A stretch of 64,000 nucleotides of DNA from Phaeosaccion multiseriatum. Taxonomy: Eukaryota > Protista > Ochrophyta, other classes. Shown here piece by piece: positions 40,401-54,589 of this stretch. Numbering within the stretch: the stretch's first letter is position 1; each line of letters starts with the position of its first letter. Where the stretch lies: NCBI GenBank assembly GCA_965112735.1, contig OZ218950.1, forward strand, positions 1,116,001 to 1,180,000. Direction: 5' to 3'. The translations under genes and the position numbers were made by a program. The notes under the pieces are model-generated. The model made no database searches and was not told the origin of the DNA. It saw only the letters and a list, made by a program, of their open reading frames with translations.

Positions 40401-41789
40401 ATTAGGGGTGGTGGTGGTAGTGGTGGTGGTGGTGATAAGGATGGTGGCGGTGGTGATGGTGATGATGAAGGTGGTGATGAGGGTGATGAGGGTGATGATC
40501 ATGGCGGCGGTGATGGTGACAATGGTGGTGGTGAGGGTGACAATGGTGGTGGTGAGGGTGACAATGGTGGTGGTGAGGGTGATGATGGTGGTGGTGAGGG
40601 TGACAATGGTGGTGGTGAGGGTGACAATGGTGGTGGTGAGGGTGACAATGGTGGTGGTGATGGTGACAATGGTGGTGGTGAGGGTGACAATGGTGGTGGT
40701 GAGGGTGACAATGGTGGTGGTGATGGTGACAATGGTGGTGGTGAGGGTGACAATGGTGGTGGTGAGGGTGACAATGGTGGTGGTGATGATGATGATGATG
40801 ATGGTGACAATGGTGGTGGTGATGGTGACAATGGTGGTGGTGAGGGTGACAATGGTGGTGGTGAGGGTGATGATGGTGGTGGTGAGGGTGATGATGGTGG
40901 TCATTGGGGATATGGGAGACAACGAGCCCAAGGCAAGTAAGAGGGAGGTAAGCGATTGTTAAAGGAAAAGGAACAGATTGATAGAGAGAGAGAGAGAGCG
41001 ACAGAGAGAGAGAAAGGGAAGTATCAAGCAGATGCAAAATAGGTAAGAGAGACAAGAGAGAGAGAAGAAAGGGAAGTATCAAGCAGATGCAAAACAGGTC
41101 CTTCGAACACCCTCCCACCCAACCCCTTCCCACCCCCCCCCATTCCCACGTCCCCTCCACTGCCATCCCCCAACTCCACACCCACCCACCTGCCCGCCAG
41201 TCTCCGCAGCTGCAACCCCCCCCATCCACTGCCATCCCCCAGCTGATGGAGTCGAACCGGTCCTGCACAGGGCAGCAGCACCTTTAACAACCGCAATCCC
41301 CCTACATGGTGCGCAGGACAGGCCGAGGCAAAACTCGACAGCTCCAGCAGAAACTCCCTTCCTCCTCCTCCTCCTCCTCCTCCTCCTCCTCCTCCTCCTC
41401 CTCCTCCTCCTCCCCCAAAGCCCCCGTAGCCCCAGATGCCACCCCGCCCGTCGTCTCCTCCCCCACCCGTCCCCTCCGCACGACTCCTTCTCCTCCTCCT
41501 GCCCCCTCCTCCTCGGCCTTGTGCGGGCTGCCCTGCCCCATCCCCCCCCGGGCAGAGCACTCGGCAGCAGCGCGCGACTTGGGCCTCTGCCCGCAGAGCG
41601 AGGGACACAAGCGCAGTGGGGCCGCTGAACAAGCCTTCTACTGCCATCCCTGCCCCTGTCACATCCCCTTCCCCTGCTTTCCCTGCCCCTGCCTGACCGC
41701 TTTCGCCTGCCTCTGCAGAGGGTGTGGCGCCTTTGCCTGACAAGGGAAGCGCCCCTATCGCTGCCTGGATGTCAAGCAAAGCCTGTGTG

Positions 41790-41847
<58 letters not shown>

Positions 41848-44800
41848 TGTGTGTGTGCATATGTGTATGGGTATGTGTGTGTGGAGCGTGTATGTGCACC
41901 ACCAGGAGATGGCAGCGGGCCGGATAGGGAAAGGATCAGTGGATCGACATCGGTTTTTGACGTGGTCGGGGTCACTGAGCTGACATTCTTCGTCAGATGC
42001 GAACTCACAGATTGGATGCCCAACTCACTAACCTGCACAGGAGACATTCCCCATGGACCACCCCGTGTCCCCATCCCCTTTCGTCCTCGCGCCTGCCCTG
42101 CCCCCCTTCCTAGAGGGAAAGGATCAGCCTCTGCATCAGTTGGTGATACAGCCGCCGCCCCCAGCCTTCCCATAGATGCCGCCAGGAGCCGAAGGGCCGG
42201 GAGGGTGGTCAACAAGAGAAGCTCTTGATAGCGCAGTGCGTCTAGGGCAATGGCCGTACTCCTTTGTCTCTTTCTCCGCCTCTCCTTCATTCGCTTCCTC
42301 ACCCCCGCACTCATCCCCTCCTGCTCCTCGCCTTTCTCCTCCTCGTCGTCCTCCTCCTTCCTCTCCTCCACCTCCTCCTTCGCTTTCCCCCTTCCCTCTC
42401 TCCGCTCCCCCGGTACGGGATCACCGCTGGCGACGGCGTCATCATAGTCCAGACAAGTGGATTCGAACATCTCCAGCTGCTGCACCACAGGCGCGGTAAA
42501 GACGCTCACCACGCCGCTGTAAGCCCCATCCTCTGAGGTCTCTGAACCCGAGATAGCACTCCCCCTCCCACTCCCACCGCCGCCATTTGTTGCATCAGCA
42601 GCTACCACCTTAGCCACGGCTGCCTTCCCTCCGGTCAGCCCTTCCGGTGGAGCTCCTTCTTCGACCTCCATCTCCTCGACCTTACAAGGGGGAGACTCTG
42701 TCTTCTTCACCCCCTTCTTCTGCCTCTTCTTGTTATTCTTGCTCCCACTCTCGAATGGTTCTCCCATCGCTTCCATCTTCACCTGCGCAACCCCACCTTC
42801 AGCTTCGGCTCGCTCGTCGCTCATCTCCCCACTCCTCCCCTCCTCCTCCTCCTCCTCCTCCTCCTCCTCCTCCTCCTCCTCCTCCTCCTCCTCTCTCCCG
42901 GCCTTCTCGTCCCTCTCCATCCTCTCGGCACGCATCCAGCACCATTGCCCTGGATTCACCTCCTTAGCAAGAGCATAGCCCAGCACCGCAAGCAGGGCCG
43001 ACAGGCCGCCCTCCACACAGCACAAGCCGTGTAACGCGTACCCCACCCGGCCACTCCTCTCTACACTCCAGGCCAGAGAGCGTAGGGCGAGGGTGAGCTT
43101 GACAAGCGTTAGGCTGCATCTCGCTCGACGGTCCTCCTCCAACACATAAGACCCCATCTCTGTGCATCTGTCTGTTTTTGTCTCTGTCTCTGTACCACCA
43201 ACTGACCCTGCTCCTGCTCCTCCTGCTACGTCTCCTCCTGCATCTTTGTCCACTTGCATGCCATTCCCCTCCTCCTCCTCCTCCTCCTCCTCGTCGTCGT
43301 TCTTCGTTGTCTTCTCCTTCTTTCTTGTTGTTTCTTCGGCTCCTCCTCCTCCCGTCACCAACTCCTTCCCGCTTTGCCGCTTCTGCTGCCCCTGTCCTTG
43401 GTGCTGTCGGTTCTCCTCTCCTCTCCGAACCCCCTCATCCAGCTCCCTCACTAGCCCCACCACCCCCTCCCACAAGCGCTGCACGGACCCTCCTCCTCCT
43501 CCTCCTCCTCCTCCTCCGGTGTCTGACAACCACTCCAGCGCCAGCAGAAGCTCCCTTACCTCCCCTGTTCGCACTCCAGGAAGGCTGTACCCATCGTGAT
43601 GGGGGCTTGATACGCTGCCTCGCACCCTCTGAATCACAAGTGGCAAACGGTGTACCAACGCCTCGGAGACAGCAGGGGAGTCTACCCACAGAAACCACAA
43701 GGCAACGGGCACCGGTAGGCTAGAGAGGGGACGAAGGAGGCGCCTGCAAAGGGCGTGTGCGGCACTTGATCTGCCTGCAGAGGAAGCACCGAGCTCTACC
43801 AGAGAGAGTACGGACGACATTTCGTCCGACCTGCCCCCGGTGCCTTTGGTGAGAGGAGGGGTCAGAGGGGATGGAGGGGGGGGTGGGGAAGGGAGGGGGA
43901 GGGAAATGAGTGCTGGCTTCCTCACCTCTTCCTTTCGTATGCTTGTTTCAAAACACGCAAGAGGAGGCACAAGTTTTAGTACAGACAGACAGACAGGCAG
44001 AATGATCTACAGGCAGACAGGCGGACAGACAGAGACAGCCAGACAGACTGACAGACTGACACCAGGTACTGACCTGTGGTGGTCTTGGCTGTGGCTGCGA
44101 GGAGTTGGCTGGTGAGGTGGGTAGTCTGCACCGCTCGAAGGAGCAAGCGGGAGAGCCCCCGGGGGGTGAGCAGAGACACGCACACTCCGTCTGCCACGTG
44201 GTCCAGCTGGAGGCATATGGGTGAGGAGGTGGAGGGGAGAGGAGGGGAGAGGAGGGGAGGGGAAGGATTGGAGGCGTACAGGTCAATCGCTTTATCTCAC
44301 TCACTCACTCACTCACCCACTCACCCACTCACTCACCCACTCACTCACTCACTCACGTACTCACCACTCACTCACTCCCACACTCACTCACACACACATC
44401 CCACTCACTCATTCACTCACTCACACATCTCACTCACTCACCTCACCTCACTTACTGACTCACTACTCAATCTCTCACTCACTTACTGTCTCACCACTCA
44501 CTCACACACACACACATCTCACTCACTCACTCACTCACACATCTCACTCACTCACTCACTCACTCACTCACTCACTCACTCACTCACTCACTCACTCATC
44601 CACTCACTCACTCACTCACTCACTCACTCACTCACTCACCGTGTGGGTATGTTCTCCTGCCGCCCATGCCGTAAGCGGTGTCTTGAGGCTGCTCGGGTCC
44701 AGCGCCTCTACTAAAGCACTGCTCTCCACAGAGGAAGAGAGGGCGGGAGAGAGAGACGTAGAGAAGAGAGAGAGGAAAGAAAAGAGAGAGAGATGGAAGG

Positions 44801-45538
44801 GGGGCAGGGGAGAGGAGGGGAGGGGGGAGAGAGACAGAGACGGGAGAGAGAGACAGAGAGGGAGGGAGGGAGGGAGGGAGAGAGAAAGAAAGAAGGGAGA
44901 GAGAGGGACAGAGGGGGAGAGATGAACGACAGCAGCAAGACATGCCACAGCCACAAAAAAGGGAGCGGAAGGGAGGGCGGAAGGGGGGGCGGGGGCGGGG
45001 TGGAAGAAACGGTTTTCGAGGCTGAGTGGGGGGTGAAGGAAAGGCCTATAGGGGTGGCAAAGAGAAGGTAGGGGAGGGTCTAATACCCTGAAACTGAAAG
45101 TGTTGTACACGGGTTGGTGACACGCTTCTTGACTTGACTTGACTGGACGACGCACCTGCAGGAAGAGGGGGCACCAGCGAAGATGAGTCCCCCTGTGAGC
45201 ACATCCCCTGCACAAGTCCTAAAGCCCGACCCAAGGCCTCCCTTTCCTCCAAACGCCCCGCCTCCTCCGCCCCCTCCTGGGGAGGATAGCAGTCGGAGCA
45301 CGACAGCTCGGAGACCGACGAAGAGCAGCGTAGCAGCGCACCCAAGGGGGCCGGGGGGGGCTCCTGTTGGAGGGGTATGGGGAGGTGGGGGAGGGCGGGC
45401 GTTGGGAGAGGTATATGGGTATGGGAATGGATGGTGGCGGTTGGAAAGAAATGAAGTGCCAGGGCGAGGGGGCGAGGGGGAGGGGGTTGAGGAGGGGAGC
45501 ACAAGAGCAGCTGCTGTCTGCCTACCTATACACACTCG

Positions 45539-45589
<51 letters not shown>

Positions 45590-48500
45590 GCTGCTGCCTC
45601 CTGCACTGAAGCTTCGGCGGACAGCGCCGCGGCCACCGCCAGTGCGGCTGGGAGTGAGGAAAGAGAGAGAGTGAGAGTGAGAGAGCGAGAGAGTGTGTGA
45701 GAGAGAGAGTGAGAGAGAGTGTGAGAGAGAGAAAGGCAGATGGGCGGGCATACGGGCCAGGGCACACAGGTAGGCAGGCAGGGAGGGACAGGCAGGCATA
45801 TGGGTGAGGGCAGACAGCGGGCATATGGGCAAAGACAGACAAGCAGGGAAAAGGGCGAGAGGGAAACAAACAAAGCAAACACAGCCTCCTCCGTACTCGC
45901 CGCCCCCGCCCCCACCCCCCCTACTTGGACGAGGGTAAACGAACGTACCAGGAAGCTCCAATCGCCAAAACAGCCGAACGAGCGAAGGAGGTATTCCTTC
46001 GACCTGCCCCTTCTTCCCCCACCCTGCCCCGCCCCCATGCAGCCGGGCAGCTGCAGCGGTTGGTGATACGGCAGCCAGCCCCGCGGTGCCATCCACTGCC
46101 ATGCCCCCTTCTTTGTCCTTGTCCAGCAGGGCCGCGAGGGAGTGTCCAGAGGCGTCCTTCAGAGCGTCCAGGGCAGCTCTTGCGGGTGGAAGCATACGGG
46201 CTGATGTACCACCAACTGCTGCATTGGACCGCTCTGAGAAGCGAAGGGCGAGGAGAGCGTCGAGACTGTTGAGAGTGCTTGCCATGGCCTCAAGTTCACT
46301 TGTAACGACATTGTTGGCGAGAGACGCAGGGGGGGCGCCACCCGTCTTGCTCGCCCATTCGTAGATATCAGACACCTTTGTCTCTGCAGAAGACTCTGGC
46401 TCCTGCCCCTCCTGCTCCCCCTGTTGCTGCTGCTGTTGTATCACCAACTGCTGTATCTCGTCGCCAATGCGCACATCCCGCGGCCCAAGCACCACCTTTT
46501 TCAGCGCCTTTAACTGCGTAGAACGCTCTTTCTCCCCCCCCTCCTCCTCCTCCTTCTCCTTCCCTTCACGTGGGCCTTCCCTTCCTTCCTTTCCGGCAGA
46601 GTCTACCTCCATATCGGTTTCGCCGTTCTCGCCTTTGCACGGCAAGACCGCAAGAGAGCAGTACGGCAAGGAAGTGAGAGCAGAGAGAGCAAGGAAGTGA
46701 GATACGTTTCACGTTCGGAGGGAGAAGGATACAGGCAGACAGGCAGACGGAGAGACGGCAGGCAGACAAACCAGCCTGAGAGAGAGAGGCATATGAGCAG
46801 ACAGTGAGGTGTGTGACATGCTGACTGTACCTCCCTCTCCCAAGTTGGAGTTGAAGTTGAAGGCGGCTGAGGCGTTGGCGGCGGTGTCGCGGAGCTTCTC
46901 CAGGCACTTGTACAGGGACACCGTCTGAGGGGAGGGGAGGGCAAGCAGAGGAAAGGGAAAGGGAGGGGAGAGGCAAGCAGGGGATGGGGAGGGGCAAACA
47001 TGAGGAGGAGGAAGAGGAGGAGGAGGAGGAGGAGGAGGAGGAGGAGGAGGAGGAGGAGAGGGGGAGAGTCAAGGGGAAGGGGGACAGGGAAGGGCAGGGG
47101 GAAGGGGAAGAGGGAGGCCCTAACAAGAGGGAGGGGAAGAGGGATGCCCCAGTAAAAGGGAAGGGAGACTCAAGCAGGAGAAGGGAGACACCCCATCAGG
47201 ACAAAGAAGGGGACGCCCAAGAGGAAGAAAAGCCTAAAACAAACAGTTTCAGAAGCGCTGAACACACCACCAGCATCGTACCCTCCGTAGCCGCCGCTCG
47301 TCTTGAAACTCCCTCCCATGCTCACTCCCACCCACCCACACACCTGTACTATCCAACGCCCGTGCTGTATCGCTAGAGGGTGCCTCGCTCTCTTCGCCAG
47401 CACCACTGCGACCGCCTCCAGACCTGTCGTCCGCGCGGGGGCAGGGCGTGCTTCACCTTCCACACCGTCGTTCCTACCAGCCCCGCCAACACTGCCATCG
47501 GCCGCCGCACCATCACCACCACCATCACCACCACCACCATCACCATCGGAGGAGGAGGAGGAGGAGGGCCTCTTGTCGGTGTCTCTTGGCTTGCACAGAG
47601 CCTCAATCACCTCGATGTGGGCCACTCCCGCTGCCAAGGCTCCGAGGGCGTGCACCACACAGAGGGGCGGAGTGTAAGGGTCGTCCAGAAGGACCAACAC
47701 ACCCTCCAGACCCCCGTCCTCCAGCCAAGCCCGGGCAAAGGGCTCTGCCGCCATACAAGCTTCGAGCAAGTGGAGGCCCGCTCGCGCTACTCGATGCCCT
47801 GCTGCTGCTGCAGGAGTGGTAGAAGGAGGAGGAGGAGAAGAAGGTGGCGACTCTAACCGGGGGCGCTTGCTACCCTTGCCCCTCTTTGTCGTCTTCTTCT
47901 CCTCCTCCTCCTCCTCCTCCTCCTCCTCCTCCACCTTCTTCTTGCTGTTCTGCTCCTTGTTGCTCTCGTCCTCGCCCTCCCTCGCATCCTCCTTCTCCTC
48001 TTCCTCCCCCCCTTCCCCCTCTTCCTTCTCTTCCTCCTCCTCCTCCTCGTCGTCGTCGTCCATGCGCCGTACAGCCCCCTTGACTGCCCCAAGCAAAGCT
48101 CCCACCACTTTGGGGGACATCGCCTCCTCACTGGTGACACACTTAGCTGCTGCGTGTCTGCTCACTGACGTACTGCTGCTCGTGGCTGTGCTGCTGCTGC
48201 CCTCCGCGAAGCACGCCGCAACGGTCGCTGCGGCGGTGTGAAGACGGTCTATCGAAGGACTGCTTACAACAACTGGCACTGCTGCTGCTGTATCACCAAC
48301 TGCCGCCGCCGCTGCTGCTGCTGCTGCTGCTGCTGCTGCATCACCGAGGAGGGTCTCCGCCGCCTGCGACAGGGCCTCCACCTGCCTAGCGGAGAGCTGA
48401 AAGTCCTTCGAAGCAGGGTCTCGCCCCTCCATGTCAGCAATAAGGTAGGAGGGCGGAGTGGTGAGAGCGGTCTCGAGCTGCGCGCTGCCCATCCCGTTCA

Positions 48501-49938
48501 TACCACCAACGTCCCCCATTCCTTCCATACCCGTACCACCACTGCCTGCCCCCGCCTGCGTGATTGCTGGCCTCGCCATCCTCTCCACCCACCCTCCCAC
48601 AGAGCTCTTGGCTGAGGCAGGCCATGTTGTAGGCATTTCCTCCCCTGTTGGTGATACAGCAGATACGCTTCCACTAACGAGCGGCACCCAAGGGCGACCT
48701 TCCGCGCGGATCTCGAAGGGCTTTGGCAGCAAAGCCTTGGCCCGAGCTGCCTCCTCCTCTTTCTCCTTCCTCGCTTTCTCTATCCTTTCGGCCGCGGCTC
48801 GATCGACTGTTTCCTTCTGCATACTATACCCTTGCTCCTTCGCCTGCTGCTGCTGGTACTGGTGCTGCTGCTGCTCCTCTTTCTGTGCCCCACTTCCATT
48901 CCCGCCGCCCCCGTTCAGTACCCCCATCGCCTGTCGCTGTAGGAGTTGCTCCACCCCGGACAGCTCTCCATTAGCAGCCGCTGGAGCTTGCACCGCTACT
49001 TGCAGTGGGTCTCCCATCCCCGGTGGAAGATAGCCAACTCCTCCTCCTCCTCCTCCTCCTCCTCCTCCTTGAGCTCGGGGAGATACGCCCACGACGCCGT
49101 TGGCTGCTACTCCTCCTGCCCCTGCTCCCCCTGCTGCTGCTGCCGGCGCACTACCCAAGGGGGCTCCTTGCACTCCCCCGGGGGGCACTGCTTGGTGAGG
49201 GGAGGGTGGCTGGTGGTACTGCTGCTGCTGTGGTTGCTGCGGAGGCTGGAAGGGGGCTTGCTGCTGCGTTGGTGCGGGTGGTGGTGGTGGTGGTGGTGGT
49301 GGCGGTACAAAAGCCGGGGGCTGCACCAGCTTCAGAGCAGATGCCCCCTGCTGCGGCGGCTGGGAGATCTGGGATATTTGTTGGAGCACCTGCTGCTGCT
49401 GCTGCGGCGGCAGCGCCCCAATGTGAATGCCGTACAAGAGCACACTGATGTTGTCGTAGTTCCCTCTGAAAGCAATGTGTCTCGTCACCACGGGCGCCAC
49501 GGTAGGGTACCTCCCGCCCGCCTGTCCGCGAACCTCGATCTGCGGGATGATCCACTCGAAATCCTCGCTGCTAGCGTCGCCTTCCGTCGGTACCGGCGCA
49601 TCCTTATGGCGCTTGGCCAAGACTTCAAAGGTAAAGGGCGTCCTCTGTGTCTCTCCTTTGAAGGCCTGGCACTGCTCGGGCACGGGCGTAATGTCCGGAG
49701 GAATCACCTCGATCCTCTGCAAAAGGATGGGGTATCGAAACACCACCTCATCCACTGTGACTTCAGTGCTTGGATTGCCTCCTCGGCTCTCGTCCAGAGC
49801 TTGGCTAAAGTTGCCAGCGAAAAGCAATACAGGCGGGGGTGGAGGGGCAAGTCCTACTCCAGGAGCAGGGCCTGCACCGCTCGCAGACGCCACGCCGGCC
49901 GTAGACGCGACTCCGGCCGCGCCACTTGCTCCTATCAT
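34411..49938 (-). CDS. VIR: Virilizer/VIRMA-like protein (m6A writer-complex scaffold), large multi-exon gene
   Basis: The N-terminal VDEVVFRYPILLQRIEVIPP...GETQ..PFTFEV...VVTRHIAFRGNYDNISVLLYG resembles the VIR_N domain and is followed by many minus-strand helical (ARM-like) exons. The 3' extent and single-gene status are inferred. Confidence 0.7.
37735..37980. repeat. Heptamer array CCCTATA/CCCCATA, intronic
   Basis: Direct observation. Confidence 0.9.
39880..39992. repeat. 20-bp minisatellite CTGTCCTGACACCTCCCCTG, about 5-6 units, intronic
   Basis: Direct observation. Confidence 0.9.
40405..40900. repeat. 21-bp minisatellite GGTGGTGGTGAGGGTGACAAT, intronic
   Basis: Direct observation; lies upstream of the acceptor near 40354 on the minus strand. 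Confidence 0.9.
44296..44638. repeat. (ACTC)n microsatellite, intronic; a similar array lies at 55320-55442
   Basis: Direct observation. Confidence 0.9.
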
Positions 49939-50588
49939 AACAGCTGCGTTTATATATAAAGGAGAAGGGGGTGGGGGGGATCCAAAAGAAAATCGAGGTC
50001 ATCCAATAAACGGCGAATCGAGATCTTTCACAGATGGCGTAGTGAGCTCCAACCGGATATCCAACACAGCATGAGAGCTGATTTCCCGCGAAGAGGTCCG
50101 AAACATGACCTCCACCTGGACAAGGGGAAGGGCTCACAATCATCCTTCTACCCTACAGTTGTAAAGCAACTCTTCTGGCCACCATAGCCAGAGACTCTGT
50201 GCAGCTGCTTGGAAAAGGGACGGCATCAGTACCCAAACGTGAAGAGGAGAAAGAGAAATAAAATATGGCGAACTTCTCGAGGATGGAAGAGCAGAACATG
50301 GTGTGTGATTGAGTTGAGGGGGGGGGGGAGGATAGGGGGAAGCGGGGTTGGGTTGGTTGCGCGCGATAGGGAGAGAGCGAGAGAGAGGCTGTGCGTCTGC
50401 CCCTCGCCTCCACCCTTTTGATGAAAATAAAAGATTGCACACGTTGTCGCCCACAAAACTTCAATGCCCAACGACGAGTCGGTCCTCATCCTCCCTCCCT
50501 CCTACCCCCGTGCGTCTTATCCTCTCTCTTACGAGTAAAGGAGGGCGTTGCCGATACCCACTACCTGACGGGGTGCACAGACATCGCA

Positions 50589-51811
50589 ATGGTGGCAGGC
50601 GACAGACCCTGCCTCATCGACGACGAGTGGGGCTCGGAGGTGGGCTGGAACCAATTCTCGTGCCAGGTCCGTCTATCAGTCCATCGGTCCATCAGTCAGT
50701 CAGAGAGAGGAGGAGGCCACCTTACACGACCTAGTTTTGCCTGCTGGCTGAAGGAAGACGAGGAGGAGAAAGAGGAGGAGGAGGCAACCTTTTGGGTTCC
50801 CATCTTCCCTCTTCCCTGCCCCCGAAAGAAGAAACGGGAGACAACAACCTATTCCTCCCCCTCCCTCAACCCCTCCTCCCTTCTCTTAAACGCCGCTCTC
50901 ATGTCCTCCAGCTCCACGCCGCCAACGGGCTTGAACACAAGGCCGGCTACTTGCGCAGGAACCCTCACGTACGTGTCGACCTCGTGGAGAGCGCAAGCGG
51001 AAAGACGCTGGCGAGGAAGCGGTCTGGCGCCGGGGGAGGCTCGGTTCCTCTCGCCGCCCCCAGGTGGGACGAGGGCAGCGCAAAGGCCGAGAGCTGCATC
51101 ACACTCGCTCTACCCTCCGGGGCCTCTCTGGAGGGGCTCGGGTTGGTGCTTCACGTGGGGACTCTCAACAGGTGTGTGGCATTCTGGTATCGTGTACACG
51201 ATGCGATGCTGTGTACTACATGTCTTGTAAGGAAGGCGGGGTAGGGAATGGAACGACGTGACTGACTGACTGACTGACTGACTGACTGGCTGGCTTGGTC
51301 CTTCTTTGTGCTGCTCAGGCTCGGCGGAGGAGAGGAAATCATGGGCAGCAGTCCCGTACTGAGCCTCTCAAGGCTCGGAAACCTCCCCAGCGGCACGGGC
51401 TTCCTCAGACTCCCACTCGACTTGAGCGACGGCGGTCAGCTGGAGGTCACCCTTCGCTACCACGACGACGCCCACACCGACACACTTCACCCGGACGTCC
51501 CTGCTGCCCCTGCTCCTGCTGCTGGTGATTTTGCTAGCGAAGAGGGGAAGGAGGAGGATGGACACGATACGAGCAGCGACAGCGACAACGACAATACCAG
51601 TGACTCGGATGCTAGTGCGCAGAAGACAATTGTGCTGACGGCCAAGGAGATTGGGTTGAGTCTGGAGGACCGTTACCTCGGTCTGGCCAGAGAGAAGCCT
51701 GTCAACGACCTCTTTATGACCGAAGGGACTGGTCGTTACACCCTCAAGTTTTACCTCTGGGACCGGCCCAGCCTCGTTGGCTCGGGCTTTGGGGGACAGC
51801 AGCCACAATAG
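50589..51811 (+). CDS. Hypothetical protein with a C2-like domain, 3 exons (about 50589-50666, 50913-51171, 51319-51811)
   Basis: GT-AG-bounded exons encode LHAANGL...NPHVRVDL...APRWDE...L.L.V...GQLEVTLRY, a C2-like pattern. Confidence 0.55.
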
Positions 51812-52490
51812 GTGTGCAATACAGGAGGAGTGGTGGAGTGATGGCGAGTGGGGGAGAGGGGGAGGCGAGGATGTAGTATTGTGGGATGGTCGAAGAAAGA
51901 GGGGGGTTGCTGATGAAGTGAGAGAGGGATGAGAGGGCGGGCTGCAAGTACATGGAGCCCGACTGAATTAGACATGACCGGCTGGACATGGGTGTATAAT
52001 ATACAATATACACACACTTTTGACGCCGCCAACACGCAAATGTACACATACACAAGCACTTACGTACACATTTTAGATGGTAGGAACACAAAAGAAAAGC
52101 GCGAACTCTGGAGAAGCGCGCCGTCTGCTGTTTTCCTCAATCGAAAGAGTCTCCGGGCCACTTGAGTCACTCGCTCTCCGCTGAGCCGTACAATGAAATC
52201 GGCGGCCCCAACATCTCGACACGCACACGTACACACACGCACACACAAGCACGCACGTACGCGCACACAGCACGCACACCAGCACCCGCCGCCTGGCAAA
52301 TGCCCCATTGCCATGACCCCTCAAAGTGGTGTATATCCAATGCCTCTGAGCTGAGCTGAGCTGAGCTGAGGTGCTTGCTCTCCCCACCACCACCATCACC
52401 ACCGATGCTTTTCTCTCCGCGGATGCGCCTCGAGGCCTGGCACGAACAGTGAGTGAGGCCTAAGGCCAAGTAACACACCATTCCTCGGCG

Positions 52491-52545
<55 letters not shown>

Positions 52546-52567
52546 GTTTGATTTTATCTTTTCCACG

Positions 52568-53897
52568 TCATTTGCTGCTGCTGCTGCCGTCCCCCCCGCC
52601 CCCCGGGACTTTCTTGCCCTCCCACGTCTTCCACTCCATGCCATCAGGTGCTGTCCGCTCCTTCTCATAGTCTGTCGTGCCCACCTCGTCCCAATTGGTG
52701 GATAGCACCGTGCCTCCACTCGTCTGCATGCTCTTGACCATCGCCCGTCTCGTGTCCTCCGAGGCATTGCTGTAGATCTGTTTAAACAGAGCGTTGAGTG
52801 CCTCTTCTCCCTCCGGCTTGTCCGCTTCCAACTCTCGGTTGATTTCTTTCTCGACCGTCTCCCAATTCTTCTTACTGGCGTAGGGCCGGGGAATCGACGT
52901 CGGTACAGTACCCTCCTCCCCTGCCTCCTCCCCCCCCGCCTCTCCCTCCACTCCTGCTCCTCCTCCTCCTCCTCCTCCTCCTCCTCCTCCTCCTCCTCCT
53001 TCCCCAGCCCCCCCCATCTCCTTGTCTGTTCCTTCTCCTCCTTCTCCTCCTCCTCCTCCTCCTCCTGCTGCTTCCCGTGCCTTCGCCGCCTCCTCTGCTG
53101 CGGCATCTGCTGCCAACTTGGCCTTCTTGCTCTTGGACACATCAAGGTCTGGCCAGTGCTCCCCAGGCTTCGCCTTCCACACAATTACCTCCACCTTGGC
53201 AGCACTGTACTTGATCTTCCTCTTGGCGGGATTGATTAAGCCGTAGAGGGTGCGGTGGAAGAGAACGGTATCCTCTGCCCCAGAGCCGGACCTGTTGACC
53301 AGGCTCAGCTTGACGCTGTGGTGATACAGGGGTGTGTGTGCATGTATGTGTAAGTAACGCGATACGGGGATGGGAAACGCAGCAAGGAGAGCGTCGATAT
53401 TCCATACTTTTCTTTCCTTCCCTCGCCTCCCCCAACCTGCTCTTGCCTTCCCTCCACGCTTGCCTCCTCCTTCCTCCCCCTCCTCCCACCACTCCCACTC
53501 CAACACCCTCACTTACCTGTCTTCATCAATCTCCACCTTCGCATCCGCCTCCTTGACTCCCTTGTGTAAGATGCTGATGCCCACCTTCTCGTCCGTCTGA
53601 TAGTACTGGAAAGGCGTGGCCAGATGGGTCGGAGCCGGTGGCTTCTTCACCGACGCTGCTGGGGCACGGGAGCCGCCGCCAGTCACCGATGATGTCGGCA
53701 TCCCTATACTGCTGCTGCTACTGCTGCTACCACTGCTGGCGCCTTTGGTTGAGGAAGGAGGAGCACTGCGCCCCCCCCCCGCCGTCTCCCCCTCCCCCCC
53801 CTCATCCTCATCGTCGGAGCAGGCGTCGAGCTCTGCCTCGCACTTGCGCAGCCATGTGCCGTACTTGCGAGCGTCCGCCGGCGGAGCAGAGTTACCA

Positions 53898-53929
<32 letters not shown>

Positions 53930-54262
53930 CTGCTGCAGCTCTTGCCCTTTCCCAAAGGCCTGTTGCGCTGCCTCGAACTCACCCAAAGCAAAGCAGGCGA
54001 CCCCCTTCCTGTGGTACGCAATCTCACTCGCCGGGTCAAGTCGAATGGCCGTCGCCGCGTCTCCCAAGGCCTCTTGATGCCTCCCCAGCTTGAGGAGGGC
54101 AGCGCAGCGGTTGTTGAAGATCGCCGCCCCTGCCGCTTCTGTCGTCCCCTGCGTGGCGATGGATTGATCGATGCCGGCTCCGTAGCTCTGGACGGCGGCT
54201 TCGTAGTCCTCGTCCAGAAAGAGGGCGTTGCCTGCTGCTAGAGCTGCGGAAGCGTCACCCAT
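52568..54262 (-). CDS. SGT1: SGT1 co-chaperone (TPR-CS-SGS), 2 exons
   Basis: TPR repeats, a CS domain (YYQTDEKV...KVEVIVWK...HWPDL) and an SGS domain (KNW...ALNALFKQIY..ASEDTRRAMVKSMQTSGGTVLSTNW). Confidence 0.95.
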
Positions 54263-54589
54263 CTTTTGTTTTTTCCCTCTTTTCTTGTTCTACTCACTCT
54301 CTTTTCTCTCTCTCCCCCCCCTTGTTGCACACACCTCCTCTCCTCCAACTGTTCCCCCCTTTCCCCCCCTTCTCTCTCCGCTCGTTCACTCGCTGCTCCT
54401 CCTCGCCAGACACGACTCCAGCACCCGCAGAAGCAGAGTGACAACAGCACCAGGAGCAGAACTAGGGAGGGTCGTTGCTTTGAGGGGAGCAACGGAACCC
54501 ACCGGGGGCCTCCCGCCCCAGCCTACCCCATTGACATAATATTCCCTTTCCCTCACAAGAGAACAAAGGGCCTTGTTAACCCACACAAG

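Noticed and set aside
40234-41268. Repeat-protein ORFs (GDNGGGE, poly-His/Cys, Thr-rich)
   Set aside because: All are translations of an intronic 21-bp minisatellite that is open in many frames.
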